Assembly: GCA_032718475.1 (NCBI GenBank)
Contig: JAUCBJ010009124.1
Location: forward strand, 17,422 to 81,421
From: Nemertoderma westbladi
Lineage: Eukaryota; Animalia; Xenacoelomorpha
Direction: 5' to 3'
Length of the DNA stretch: 64,000 nt
The translations under genes were made by a program, and so were the position numbers. Below, piece by piece: positions 52,692-63,370 of this stretch. The notes under the pieces were generated by a model. It saw nothing but the letters and a program-made list of their open reading frames with translations. It was not told the origin of the DNA and did not search any database. Position 1 is the stretch's first letter; every line of letters begins with the position of its first letter.

Positions 52692-52864
52692 TCGAGGGTA
52701 AGGGTGGGCGTCACTCCTACCCCAAGATTTGCTCCCAGGTATTTAACTGGTACTCATTTTATCAACCCCAGTGGATAAATTGCTGAGTGGACCCTGGCGG
52801 GGCTCGAACCTACAACCAATAGATTGCAGGCCCGGGTCTCAACCAACTAATGAGCTACACCGCC
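52692..52864 (-). mobile_element. tRNA-derived SINE, second copy (head and body); a tail-like piece lies at 51805-51850
   Basis: Reverse complement aligns with 37539-37707; B-box GGTTCGAGCCC intact. Confidence 0.8.
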
Positions 52865-52932
52865 TTTTTAAAACATAGATACAATATACAGTTAACGATG
52901 TATTTATTAGTACTAGTTACCGGTATACTCAC

Positions 52933-53070
52933 GTCGTCTTGTTTATATAAATGTTCCTTATCGGAATCTGACTTGTTATCAATCTCTTTCGCTTTGGAAT
53001 ATCGGAAAAACAGGACGATGAAAGCTGTTAGTGGGAAAACCATAAGAGCCGACATCAGGCCTATACCGAA
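52933..53070 (-). CDS. PKD1-like exon 4 (TM3)
   Basis: tttcag|TTC...GAC|gtgagt; FGIGLMSALMVFPLTAFIVLFFRYSKAKE... Confidence 0.9.
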
Positions 53071-53199
53071 CTGAAAATATATTGGAGTTAGTTAGGGAGA
53101 AAGTACAATATTCGATAAATGATCATCACGTAACGTATCGCTTTACAGAATAGTAACTTTCAGTCTGCTGCAGCTATTGTTTCAGACCTGGACGTTATA

Positions 53200-53545
53200 A
53201 AGTTATCCATAGTTTATAGCTGAAGTGCAACATACGCCAAACAACCAACATTTTATCATTCGAAACATAATAAATGTAATATTCCCCACCAGCAGGGATC
53301 GAACCCGCGTCTCAAGATAAACGTTCAGGTATGCCCACCACTACATCATGGAGTCTCCCGCATGTATTCTGAATTCAATAGCAACCGTAAGGAAGTTTAC
53401 CCCCTATAGCAAAACAATCGGAATGATGCAGGAGCCAACGTGGTGTAGTGGTTAGCATACCTGAACGTTTATCGGGAGACGCGGGTTCGATCCTCGCTGG
53501 TGGCGAATTCATTTTTTCCGCTCTATTTGCTATAGAGTTGGATCA
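53200..53545. mobile_element. Second foldback element with two inverted, outward-facing pseudo-tRNAs
   Basis: 53434-53505 is a 72-nt cloverleaf-like sequence (GCCAACG TGGTGTAGTGGTTAGCAT A CCTGA-ACGTTTA-TCGGG AGAC GCGGGTTCGATCCTCGC TGGTGGCG); inverted homologue at ~53284-53356; inverted similarity continues on both sides. Confidence 0.7.
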
Positions 53546-53669
53546 TCCTAAGTCCTGTTTAAATTACTTATAATTTATAAAATCTCATGGATGTTAAAAC
53601 ATAAACAATAATAATATATAATAATTCAATATTATAATAATTCATTGACCATCAATAATAGAACAATTA

Positions 53670-54480
53670 AACAAAACCTTCTGGACAACGAGATCAAGAA
53701 ATCAGTTGAATCCTTGAAGATCCATGACGACAATACCATCACTCCTTGTACATCGAAGCAAAAGAGTCTGATTACCACCTAGCTCGCGATCATGGTGCCG
53801 CAGCACCTGGGTCAGGTGACTGGCTGAAAGCCATCCCCTCGGGATCATTGGGTCAGCGTCTTTCTGACAAACAACTTCGGATCACTACTTCTGTCCGACT
53901 AGGAGCTAATGTCCACGTTCAGCACAGTTGTACTTGCGGATCTACTTCTGATTCACTGGGTCTCCACTCTTTAGTTTGCAAACAATTGCCTGGCAGACAA
54001 GCAAGGCACCGTCAGGCTCTGAGGGAGGCGATACGATCAGCGGATATACCCAAATACTCTTGAGCCTGTTATCCCTTTCCGACAATATGCGTCCCGAAAG
54101 ATCGACTTTAGTCCCTTGGGCCTCTGGCAAACCGGCTTTCTGTGATTTTACATGTTCGCATCGGATGGCCCTAACCGCGAGCAATCACCACTAATTCAGG
54201 CCCTACAGTAGAGCCACCTCCAAGGAACATCTGAAGGAAGCCAAGTATGCTGAACTTGCCGCGTCCAATTCTGCCACCCTTTTCCCTGTCTCAAATGAGA
54301 CATTGTTAGGCGGATGGAATGAGCGAAGCAAGCTTTCATTAGGAATATCGGCCACAGAATCGAGCTGTCACTTGGCAACCCTAGCTCGACCTCTTTCCTA
54401 CGTCAACGTCTCGGAATCTTGTTCCAGATAGGGAAACTCCATAAGCGTATCAGTTTCAAACAGCCTCTCCCGAGAAGCTC
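53670..54480 (+). mobile_element. Degenerate CRE-clade (RLE-type) non-LTR retrotransposon 3' fragment
   Basis: GSGDWLKAIPS..LR....RLG, CTCG..LHSLVC zinc knuckle, RH, RPERSTLVPWASGK..DFTC, RQRLGILFQ; frameshifted. Confidence 0.75.
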
Positions 54481-54926
54481 TAGCTATGGACTAGTACATG
54501 ATTTAAATGTGATGTTAAAGCGTGATTCTAACTTTTAACTTGGCCTACATCCATTATTAAATTCGATTCATGATTTTAATTAATTTGTGTTATCGTGCTT
54601 TTAACTTACGTACTTTTACTTTTTAAAATTAAATTTGTGATTTTAACTAATTAAGATTTTACATGATTGAATTAATTAATTAATTAAAAATGATATAATT
54701 TATTAATAGAGTTGGTGCGGCATAGGTGGGACTGTTTTTGTGGCACAAATTCAGTGCAAACTATTTATAAAAAAAATTTCAAATTAATGCTTCAAAGTAA
54801 AAGGGCCCCAAAACAATCACAAAGATTAAAGACCCAAAATATAATACAATAATGAGAGGAGCTATCAGTTTGTTAACAATAATTACAAACACACAACAAA
54901 CGCATCTAATAAAGTAGTTTATTTAC

Positions 54927-55058
54927 CTGCTGTATTGGAATAGGAATGGGTCCGAGTTTCACGGTATTAGAAGTTCCTTTACCAGCGATTGTTAGTGAAT
55001 AATAAGCGCAGGCGACACCGAACTCCAAAATAACGAACGCTAAACAGCAGGTGAGCCT
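54927..55058 (-). CDS. PKD1-like exon 3 (TM2)
   Basis: ttacag|AGG...CAG|gtaaat; RLTCCLAFVILEFGVACAYYSL...KLGPIPIPIQQ. Confidence 0.92.
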
Positions 55059-55184
55059 CTGTAAAGTTAAGTTATACCGTCGGGAAATAAACGAAAATAA
55101 ATTGAAAAATAACATCCAAGGAAGGCCAAATAAAAGGGCAGATAAAAACAAATAATAATATATGTCACAACTATTTCCTTATAG

Positions 55185-58100
55185 ACGAGTAAAGGACTTG
55201 TGATTGGTCATTCTTCTTACCTGTACAAGAGTAACTTGTGATTGGTCAACCTTCTTAATTAACTGTACACGAGTAACTTGTGATTGGTCAACCTTCTTAA
55301 TTAACTGTACACGAGTAACTTGTGATTGGTCATCTTTCTTAACTGTACAAGAGCAACTTGTGATTGGTCAACCTTCTTAATTAACTGTACACGAGTAACT
55401 TGTGATTGGTCAACCTTCTTAATTAACTGTACACGAGTAACTTGTGATTGGTCATCTTTCTTAACTGTACAAGAGTAACTTGTGATTGGTCAACCTTCTT
55501 AATTAACTGTACACGAGTAACTTGTGATTGGTCATCTTTCTTAACTGTACAAGAGTAACTTGTGATTGGTCAACCTTCTTAATTAACTGTACACGAGTAA
55601 CTTGTGATTGGTCAACCTTCTTAATTAACTGTACACGAGTAACTTGTGATTGGTCATCTTTCTTAACTGTACAAGAGTAACTTGTGATTGGTCAACCTTC
55701 TTAATTAACTGTACACGAGTAACTTGTGATTGGTCATCTTTCTTAACTGTACAAGAGTAACTTGTGATTGGTCAACCTTCTTAATTAACTGTACACGAGT
55801 AACTTGTGATTGGTCAACCTTCTTAATTAACTGTACACGAGTAACTTGTGATTGGTCATCTTTCTTAACTGTACAAGAGTAACTTGTGATTGGTCAACCT
55901 TCTTAATTAACTGTACACGAGTAACTTGTGATTGGTCATCTTTCTTAACTGTACAAGAGCAACTTGTGATTGGTCAACCTTCTTAATTAACTGTACACGA
56001 GTAACTTGTGATTGGTCAACCTTCTTAATTAACTGTACACGAGTAACTTGTGATTGGTCATCTTTCTTAACTGTACAAGAGTAACTTGTGATTGGTCAAC
56101 CTTCTTAATTAACTGTACACGAGTAACTTGTGATTGGTCAACCTTCTTAATTAACTGTACAAGAGTAACTTGTGATTGGTCAACCTTCTTAATTAACTGT
56201 ACACGAGTAACTTGTGATTGGTCATCTTTCTTAACTGTACAAGAGTAACTTGTGATTGGTCAACCTTCTTAATTAACTGTACACGAGTAACTTGTGATTG
56301 GTCAACCTTCTTAATTAACTGTACACGAGTAACTTGTGATTGGTCATCTTTCTTAACTGTACAAGAGTAACTTGTGATTGGTCAACCTTCTTAATTAACT
56401 GTACACGAGTAACTTGTGATTGGTCATCTTTCTTAACTGTACAAGAGTAACTTGTGATTGGTCAACCTTCTTAATTAACTGTACACGAGTAACTTGTGAT
56501 TGGTCAACCTTCTTAATTAACTGTACACGAGTAACTTGTGATTGGTCATCTTTCTTAACTGTACAAGAGTAACTTGTGATTGGTCAACCTTCTTAATTAA
56601 CTGTACACGAGTAACTTGTGATTGGTCATCTTTCTTAACTGTACAAGAGCAACTTGTGATTGGTCAACCTTCTTAATTAACTGTACACGAGTAACTTGTG
56701 ATTGGTCAACCTTCTTAATTAACTGTACACGAGTAACTTGTGATTGGTCATCTTTCTTAACTGTACAAGAGTAACTTGTGATTGGTCAACCTTCTTAATT
56801 AACTGTACACGAGTAACTTGTGATTGGTCAACCTTCTTAATTAACTGTACAAGAGTAACTTGTGATTGGTCAACCTTCTTAATTAACTGTACACGAGTAA
56901 CTTGTGATTGGTCAACCTTCTTAATTAACTGTACACGAGTAACTTGTGATTGGTCATCTTTCTTAACTGTACAAGAGCAACTTGTGATTGGTCAACCTTC
57001 TTAATTAACTGTACACTAGTAACTTGTGATTGGTCATCTTTCTTAACTGTACAAGAGTAACTTGTGATTGGTCAACCTTCTTAATTAACTGTACACGAGT
57101 AACTTGTGATTGGTCAACCTTCTTAATTAACTGTACACGAGAAACTTGTGATTGGTCAACCTTCTTAATTAACTGTACAAGAGTAACTTGTGATTGGTCA
57201 ACCTTCTTAATTAACTGTACACGAGTAACTTGTGATTGGTCAACCTTCTTAATTAACTGTACACGAGTAACTTGTGATTGGTCAACCTTCTTAATTAACT
57301 GTACACGAGTAACTTGTGATTGGTCATCTTTCTTAACTGTACAAGAGTAACTTGTGATTGGTCAACCTTCTTAATTAACTGTACACGAGTAACTTGTGAT
57401 TGGTCAACCTTCTTAATTAACTGTACACGAGTAACTTGTGATTGGTCATCTTTCTTAACTGTACAAGAGCAACTTGTGATTGGTCAACCTTCTTAATTAA
57501 CTGTACACGAGTAACTTGTGATTGGTCAACCTTCTTAATTAACTGTACACGAGTAACTTGTGATTGGTCATCTTTCTTAACTGTACAAGAGCAACTTGTG
57601 ATTGGTCAACCTTCTTAATTAACTGTACACTAGTAACTTGTGATTGGTCATCTTTCTTAACTGTACAATAGTAACTTGTGATTGGTCAACCTTCTTAATT
57701 AACTGTACACGAGTAACTTGTGATTGGTCAACCTTCTTAATTAACTGTACACGAGTAACTTGTGATTGGTCAACCTTCTTAATTAACTGTACACGAGTAA
57801 CTTGTGATTGGTCAACCTTCTTAATTAACTGTACACGAGTAACTTGTGATTGGTCATCTTTCTTAACTGTACAAGAGCAACTTGTGATTGGTCAACCTTC
57901 TTAATTAACTGTACACTAGTAACTTGTGATTGGTCATCTTTCTTAACTGTACAAGAGTAACTTGTGATTGGTCAACCTTCTTAATTAACTGTACACGAGT
58001 AACTTGTGATTGGTCAACCTTATATTAATTAACTGTACACGAGTAACTTGTGATTGGTCAACCTTCTTAATTAACTGTACACGAGTAACTTGTGATTGGT

Positions 58101-60763
58101 CAACCTTCTTAATTAACTGTACACGAGTAACTTGTGATTGGTCAACCTTCTTAATTAACTGTACACGAGTAACTTGTGATTGGTCATCTTTCTTAACTGT
58201 ACAAGAGTAACTTGTGATTGGTCAACCTTCTTAATTAACTGTACACGAGTAACTTGTGATTGGTCATCTTTCTTAACTGTACAAGAGCAACTTGTGATTG
58301 GTCAACCTTCTTAATTAACTGTACACTAGTAACTTGTGATTGGTCATCTTTCTTAACTGTACAAGAGTAACTTGTGATTGGTCAACCTTCTTAATTAACT
58401 GTACACGAGTAACTTGTGATTGGTCATCTTTCTTAACTGTACAAGAGCAACTTGTGATTGGTCAACCTTCTTAATTAACTGTACACGAGTAACTTGTGAT
58501 TGGTCAACCTTCTTAATTAACTGTACACGAGTAACTTGTGATTGGTCATCTTTCTTAACTGTACAAGAGTAACTTGTGATTGGTCAACCTTCTTAATTAA
58601 CTGTACACGAGTAACTTGTGATTGGTCATCTTTCTTAACTGTACAAGAGCAACTTGTGATTGGTCAACCTTCTTAATTAACTGTACACGAGTAACTTGTG
58701 ATTGGTCAACCTTCTTAATTAACTGTACACGAGTAACTTGTGATTGGTCAACCTTCTTAATTAACTGTACACGAGTAACTTGTGATTGGTCATCTTTCTT
58801 AACTGTACAAGAGTAACTTGTGATTGGTCAACCTTCTTAATTAACTGTACACGAGTAACTTGTGATTGGTCATCTTTCTTAACTGTACAAGAGCAACTTG
58901 TGATTGGTCAACCTTCTTAATTAACTGTACACGAGTAACTTGTGATTGGTCAACCTTCTTAATTAACTGTACACGAGTAACTTGTGATTGGTCATCTTTC
59001 TTAACTGTACAAGAGCAACTTGTGATTGGTCAACCTTCTTAATTAACTGTACACGAGTAACTTGTGATTGGTCAACCTTCTTAATTAACTGTACACGAGT
59101 AACTTGTGATTGGTCATCTTTCTTAACTGTACAAGAGCAACTTGTGATTGGTCAACCTTCTTAATTAACTGTACACTAGTAACTTGTGATTGGTCAACCT
59201 TCTTAATTAACTGTACACGAGTAACTTGTGATTGGTCAACCTTCTTAATTAACTGTACACGAGTAACTTGTGATTGGTCATCTTTCTTAACTGTACAAGA
59301 GTAACTTGTGATTGGTCAACCTTCTTAATTAACTGTACACGAGTAACTTGTGATTGGTCATCTTTCTTAACTGTACAAGAGCAACTTGTGATTGGTCAAC
59401 CTTCTTAATTAACTGTACACGAGTAACTTGTGATTGGTCAACCTTCTTAATTAACTGTACACGAGTAACTTGTGATTGGTCAACCTTCTTAATTAACTGT
59501 ACACGAGTAACTTGTGATTGGTCAACCTTCTTAATTAACTGTACACTAGTAACTTGTGATTGGTCATCTTTCTTAACTGTACAAGAGTAACTTGTGATTG
59601 GTCATTCTTCTTAATTAACTGTACACGAGTAACTTGTGATTGGTCAACCTTCTTAATTAACTGTACACTAGTAACTTGTGATTGGTCATCTTTCTTAACT
59701 GTACAAGAGTAACTTGTGATTGGTCATTCTTCTTAATTAACTGTACACGAGTAACTTGTGATTGGTCAACCTTCTTAATTAACTGTACACGAGTAACTTG
59801 TGATTGGTCAACCTTCTTAATTAACTGTACACGAGTAACTTGTGATTGGTCATCTTTCTTAACTGTACAAGAGTAACTTGTGATTGGTCAACCTTCTTAA
59901 TTAACTGTACACGAGTAACTTGTGATTGGTCATCTTTCTTAACTGTACAAGAGCAACTTGTGATTGGTCAACCTTCTTAATTAACTGTACACGAGTAACT
60001 TGTGATTGGTCAACCTTCTTAATTAACTGTACAAGAGTAACTTGTGATTGGTCAACCTTATATTAATTAACTGTACACGAGTAACTTGTGATTGGTCAAC
60101 CTTCTTAATTAACTGTACACTAGTAACTTGTGATTGGTCATCTTTCTTAACTGTACAAGAGTAACTTGTGATTGGTCAACCTTCTTAATTAACTGTACAC
60201 GAGTAACTTGTGATTGGTCATCTTTCTTAACTGTACAAGAGCAACTTGTGATTGGTCAACCTTCTTAATTAACTGTACACGAGTAACTTGTGATTGGTCA
60301 ACCTTCTTAATTAACTGTACACGAGTAACTTGTGATTGGTCATCTTTCTTAACTGTACAAGAGTAACTTGTGATTGGTCAACCTTCTTAATTAACTGTAC
60401 ACGAGTAACTTGTGATTGGTCATCTTTCTTAACTGTACAAGAGCAACTTGTGATTGGTCAACCTTCTTAATTAACTGTACACGAGTAACTTGTGATTGGT
60501 CAACCTTCTTAATTAACTGTACACGAGTAACTTGTGATTGGTCATCTTTCTTAACTGTACAAGAGCAACTTGTGATTGGTCAACCTTCTTAATTAACTGT
60601 ACACGAGTAACTTGTGATTGGTCAACCTTCTTAATTAACTGTACAAGAGTAACTTGTGATTGGTCAACCTTATATTAATTAACTGTACACGAGTAACTTG
60701 TGATTGGTCATCTTTCTTACCTGAACGCGAGTAAATGGACTTGTGATTGGTCATCTTTCATAC
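55185..60763 (-). repeat. Mixed 42/38-bp intronic satellite (~135 units) derived from the upstream exon end and donor site
   Basis: Sense-strand units CCAATCACAAGTTACTCGTGTACAGTTAATTAAGAAGGTTGA and CCAATCACAAGTTACTCTTGTACAGTTAAGAAAGATGA. Confidence 0.97.
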
Positions 60764-60913
60764 CTGAACGCGAGTAAATGGACTTGTGATTGGCCGCAGG
60801 AACACGGAAAGGTAAATATGCTCATCGGAAATCATATCATGCGACTTGTTGTCAAAAAGCATATTAAACCCGGTTTGGTCTACAGAGGAAGCAACGGCTA
60901 AACGGCGGGAAAT
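60764..60913 (-). CDS. PKD1-like exon 2 seen (linker after PLAT)
   Basis: ttttag|ATT...CAG|gtatga; ISRRLAVASSVDQTGFNMLFDNKSHDMISDEHIYLSVFLRPITSPFTRVQ. Confidence 0.92.
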
Positions 60914-61519
60914 CTAAAATGGAGGAAAATAAATAATTTTTGTTACATTTATATCAACTTAACAGCGAATTACTCGTAACGCTGCAAAGTACTACTTTGC
61001 AGCGTTGCGGTCTATATGACGGAACGCTGCAAAGTAATCAATAACCTGGAAACAACTTCAATTACCGTATTCCAGAATGTATTATTTCCATTTATATTAA
61101 TGGTTGCTGCTTTATTATCCAGTTTGCAATGACCGGGACTAGCTACTATATGTAAATAATTGTTTAACGTGTACTGTAATCCATTATGTTAAAACTTCCA
61201 ATAGACGATACTTACCAAAGAAAATGGCGACAGTGTTCAGTAAAACTGAACGGACACAGACGATGACTAAGTTTGCTTCAGTCGACTATATAGTCAAGAT
61301 GGATTAATGATTTATAACATTCATGCATGAGTTAACTTCCACCCCCGCAATAAACTTTAATTGGATTTAAATGTATAATTAATACTGTGTACCAGTGTAC
61401 CTGTTAATAAATTTCACTTATATTCGATGATATATAGTACATGATTAAAATGTGTAAATGAGTATCCATAAAATCCTTTCTTCACACACCGAACGCTGAT
61501 AAGTTGACAAAATGTTGCC

Positions 61520-62215
61520 ATAATACAGTCCGCGACATGTTCCGCGACAACCTCGCGCTGCGATACGGCCTCACTCCGCCAGGCCTCCCGGCGAAGTGCG
61601 AGGGGTGTGGGGAGCCGTTTACGACAACCCACGCCCTGAACTGCAATTCGGGGGGCGTGATAATAAGGCGGCACGATGGGGTACGTGAGGTCTTTGGGGA
61701 CCTCATTACCTCTGCATTTGGGGGCGCATGCGTCCAGCGCGAGGTTACCCTGGCATCCGGTTACCTGGACAGAAGGGGCCGCGAGGTGAGGGGAGTTAGG
61801 GTGGATCTCCTGGCGAGGGGAGTCTGGACCGAGCAGAGGGTGGCGTCTTTCGATATTGCGATCGTTAACGCTGACGCCCCCTCATATGCTCACCTGCCCT
61901 TGGACTCTGTCCTCCAACAGAGAGTCCAAGCCAAGAAGGTGCACTACACCGCGGCTGTGCGAAGATAAGAAGGCTCTCCTTCACCCCCCCTTGTCGGAAC
62001 CACCGTCTGGGTGTGGTGCAAGGAGACTGATATCTTCATCAGCCACATCGCTGAGACCCTAGTGGCTCGGCGGCAGGGGATGCGGGAACGCGGCCCAGCC
62101 TGCGTTCTCGGGGGAGTTCGGAGGCGGCTGCAGTTCGCGCACCTCCGCTCAAACTCCCTTTGTCTGCGTGGTGGCCGGCGACCGTGGAGGGCGCTGGGCT
62201 TTGGGGATGGTGCGG
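61520..62215 (+). mobile_element. CRE-like (RLE-type) non-LTR retrotransposon 3' fragment, second lineage
   Basis: FRDNLALRYG, CEGCG..HALNC..GG..RHD, RVDLLARGVW, FDIAIVNADAPSY, KKVHY, RRRLQFAHLRSNSLCLRG; GC-rich island ending in TA repeats. Confidence 0.8.
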
Positions 62216-62422
62216 GTATATATACTTACATATACTTTTTTATTATTAACAACATAAAATATAATATTTAGAGAAAATTGATTGATTTTTAATTGTTACT
62301 GAGCGGTACCGGTTATCAAATAGTCAAGTAGTTGAAATTAAATTGAATTGATATTAAAGGATGTTATTTCTATTAATACATATCAAATTAAATATAATAA
62401 TGTTAGTATTTAATTATCATAC

Positions 62423-62588
62423 CTCACAATCGTCTCTATCAAAAGCCAACCACCTGTTACATATAAACACGAATTTATTCCCGGTTTGTATATCTCGAAT
62501 CGATATAAAGTTTAAGTACCAACTCTTGGAGTACCCATCCCCAGAATTATCGTGCCAGATGTTTAAAGCCTTCAAGGGGCCCAGATGT
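62423..62588 (-). CDS. PKD1-like exon 1 seen (C-terminal half of PLAT/LH2 domain)
   Basis: ttttag|A CAT...GAG|gtatga; HLGPLKALNIWHDNSGDGYSKSWYLNFISIRDIQTGNKFVFICNRWLAFDRDDCE. Confidence 0.95.
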
Positions 62589-62692
62589 CTAAAATATTAT
62601 AAATAACTGAATATTATAACGCTGTGGCAGTAACAACAAACTTTTTTTTCAAAAATAATATAGAAAATAACAACAGAGAGCATATAAGAGTG

Positions 62693-62803
62693 AGAAAAAA
62701 TAGAAAATATAGAAAAAATAGAAAATATAGAAAAAATAGAAAATATAGAAAAAATAGAAAATATAGAAAAAATAGAAAATATAGAAAAAATAGAAAATAT
62801 AGA
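62693..62803. repeat. 18-bp low-complexity repeat (AGAAAAAATAGAAAATAT)n
   Basis: About 6 copies read directly. Confidence 0.9.
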
Positions 62804-62941
62804 ACAAAAAAATATACATAAGAAACTACATTTTTCTACTTTTCCACTTTTCAGTGACAAGAATCACTGCCGTTTTTTTTTATCTTACACTAAACTTCTA
62901 GAACACTAGCTCGCTTCTTTATAGAAAATTAGAATAACTTG

Positions 62942-63152
62942 CACTACTACTACTACTACTAGGTCGAGCGAACTCGGACAGTGGAAATGAGATCCTTCCA
63001 GGCTTCCCGATTCTCCATAGTTGTCGCAATTTCGTTTCTCCCAAGTTCAGTATCCCTTTCAAGTTGATCTATATATGTTATGGCCGGTCGTCCACGACTA
63101 CGCTTTCCATGAGTTGGTTGCCAGAAAAGTAGATCTGGTATGACCTCGTCTG
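62942..63152 (-). mobile_element. Short 3' end of an RTE LINE of the same family as 40141-41575
   Basis: Near-identical to 40164-40355; DEVIPDLLFWQPTHGKRSRGRP...VRVRST*; (TAG)n tail. Confidence 0.9.
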
Positions 63153-63370
63153 ACCTCATGGGTGCGCCTCGGAGTCATCAGAGAGGAGCCCAGAAGGACG
63201 CAAGCGTAGACAGGCCAAGGGAGCGGAGAAAGTAACACAACAACTCAATCGCCCAGCTGGTCGTTTATGTTTACTGGAAAGAGACCGAAAACTGTCCGGA
63301 AACTATGGAAGGCAAGATACTCTTCCTACGACCTCTTCCCTAATCCGACAAATATCTAGGGACTCCATAA

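Larger units (their letters stand above)
12129..62588 (-). other. Span of a PKD1-like polycystin gene (PKD1L2/REJ-type, 11-TM), 3' part only: 17 exons, 2785 coding nt
   Basis: Exons joined by hand; all introns GT-AG; phases compatible throughout with no internal stop. Motifs: PLAT IWHDNSG..SWYL..FICNRWLA, FTRVQRLTCC, LPYWC, QPLK, RQIRV, YRGGGY, WLDERTRAIFVEFTVYN, NLFIAILND. Confidence 0.93.

Noticed and set aside
53434-53505. Functional tRNA gene (GTT anticodon)
   Set aside because: The anticodon loop lacks U33 and a purine at 37, the acceptor and T stems have mismatches, and it sits in an inverted-repeat element; treated as a pseudo-tRNA.
13030-60763. CRISPR-like appearance of the 22-63-bp repeat arrays
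   Set aside because: Units are directly adjacent with no unique spacers, there are no cas genes, and the context is eukaryotic introns.
60979-61037. Perfect 14-bp hairpin AACGCTGCAAAGTA-C-TACTTTGCAGCGTT with a third arm copy
   Set aside because: Probably a collapsed MITE remnant; no termini or TSD can be defined.
63157-63370. Possible NeSL/HERO-like retrotransposon remnant (YDLFPNPTNI)
   Set aside because: A single short motif with flanking stops; too weak without a database search.
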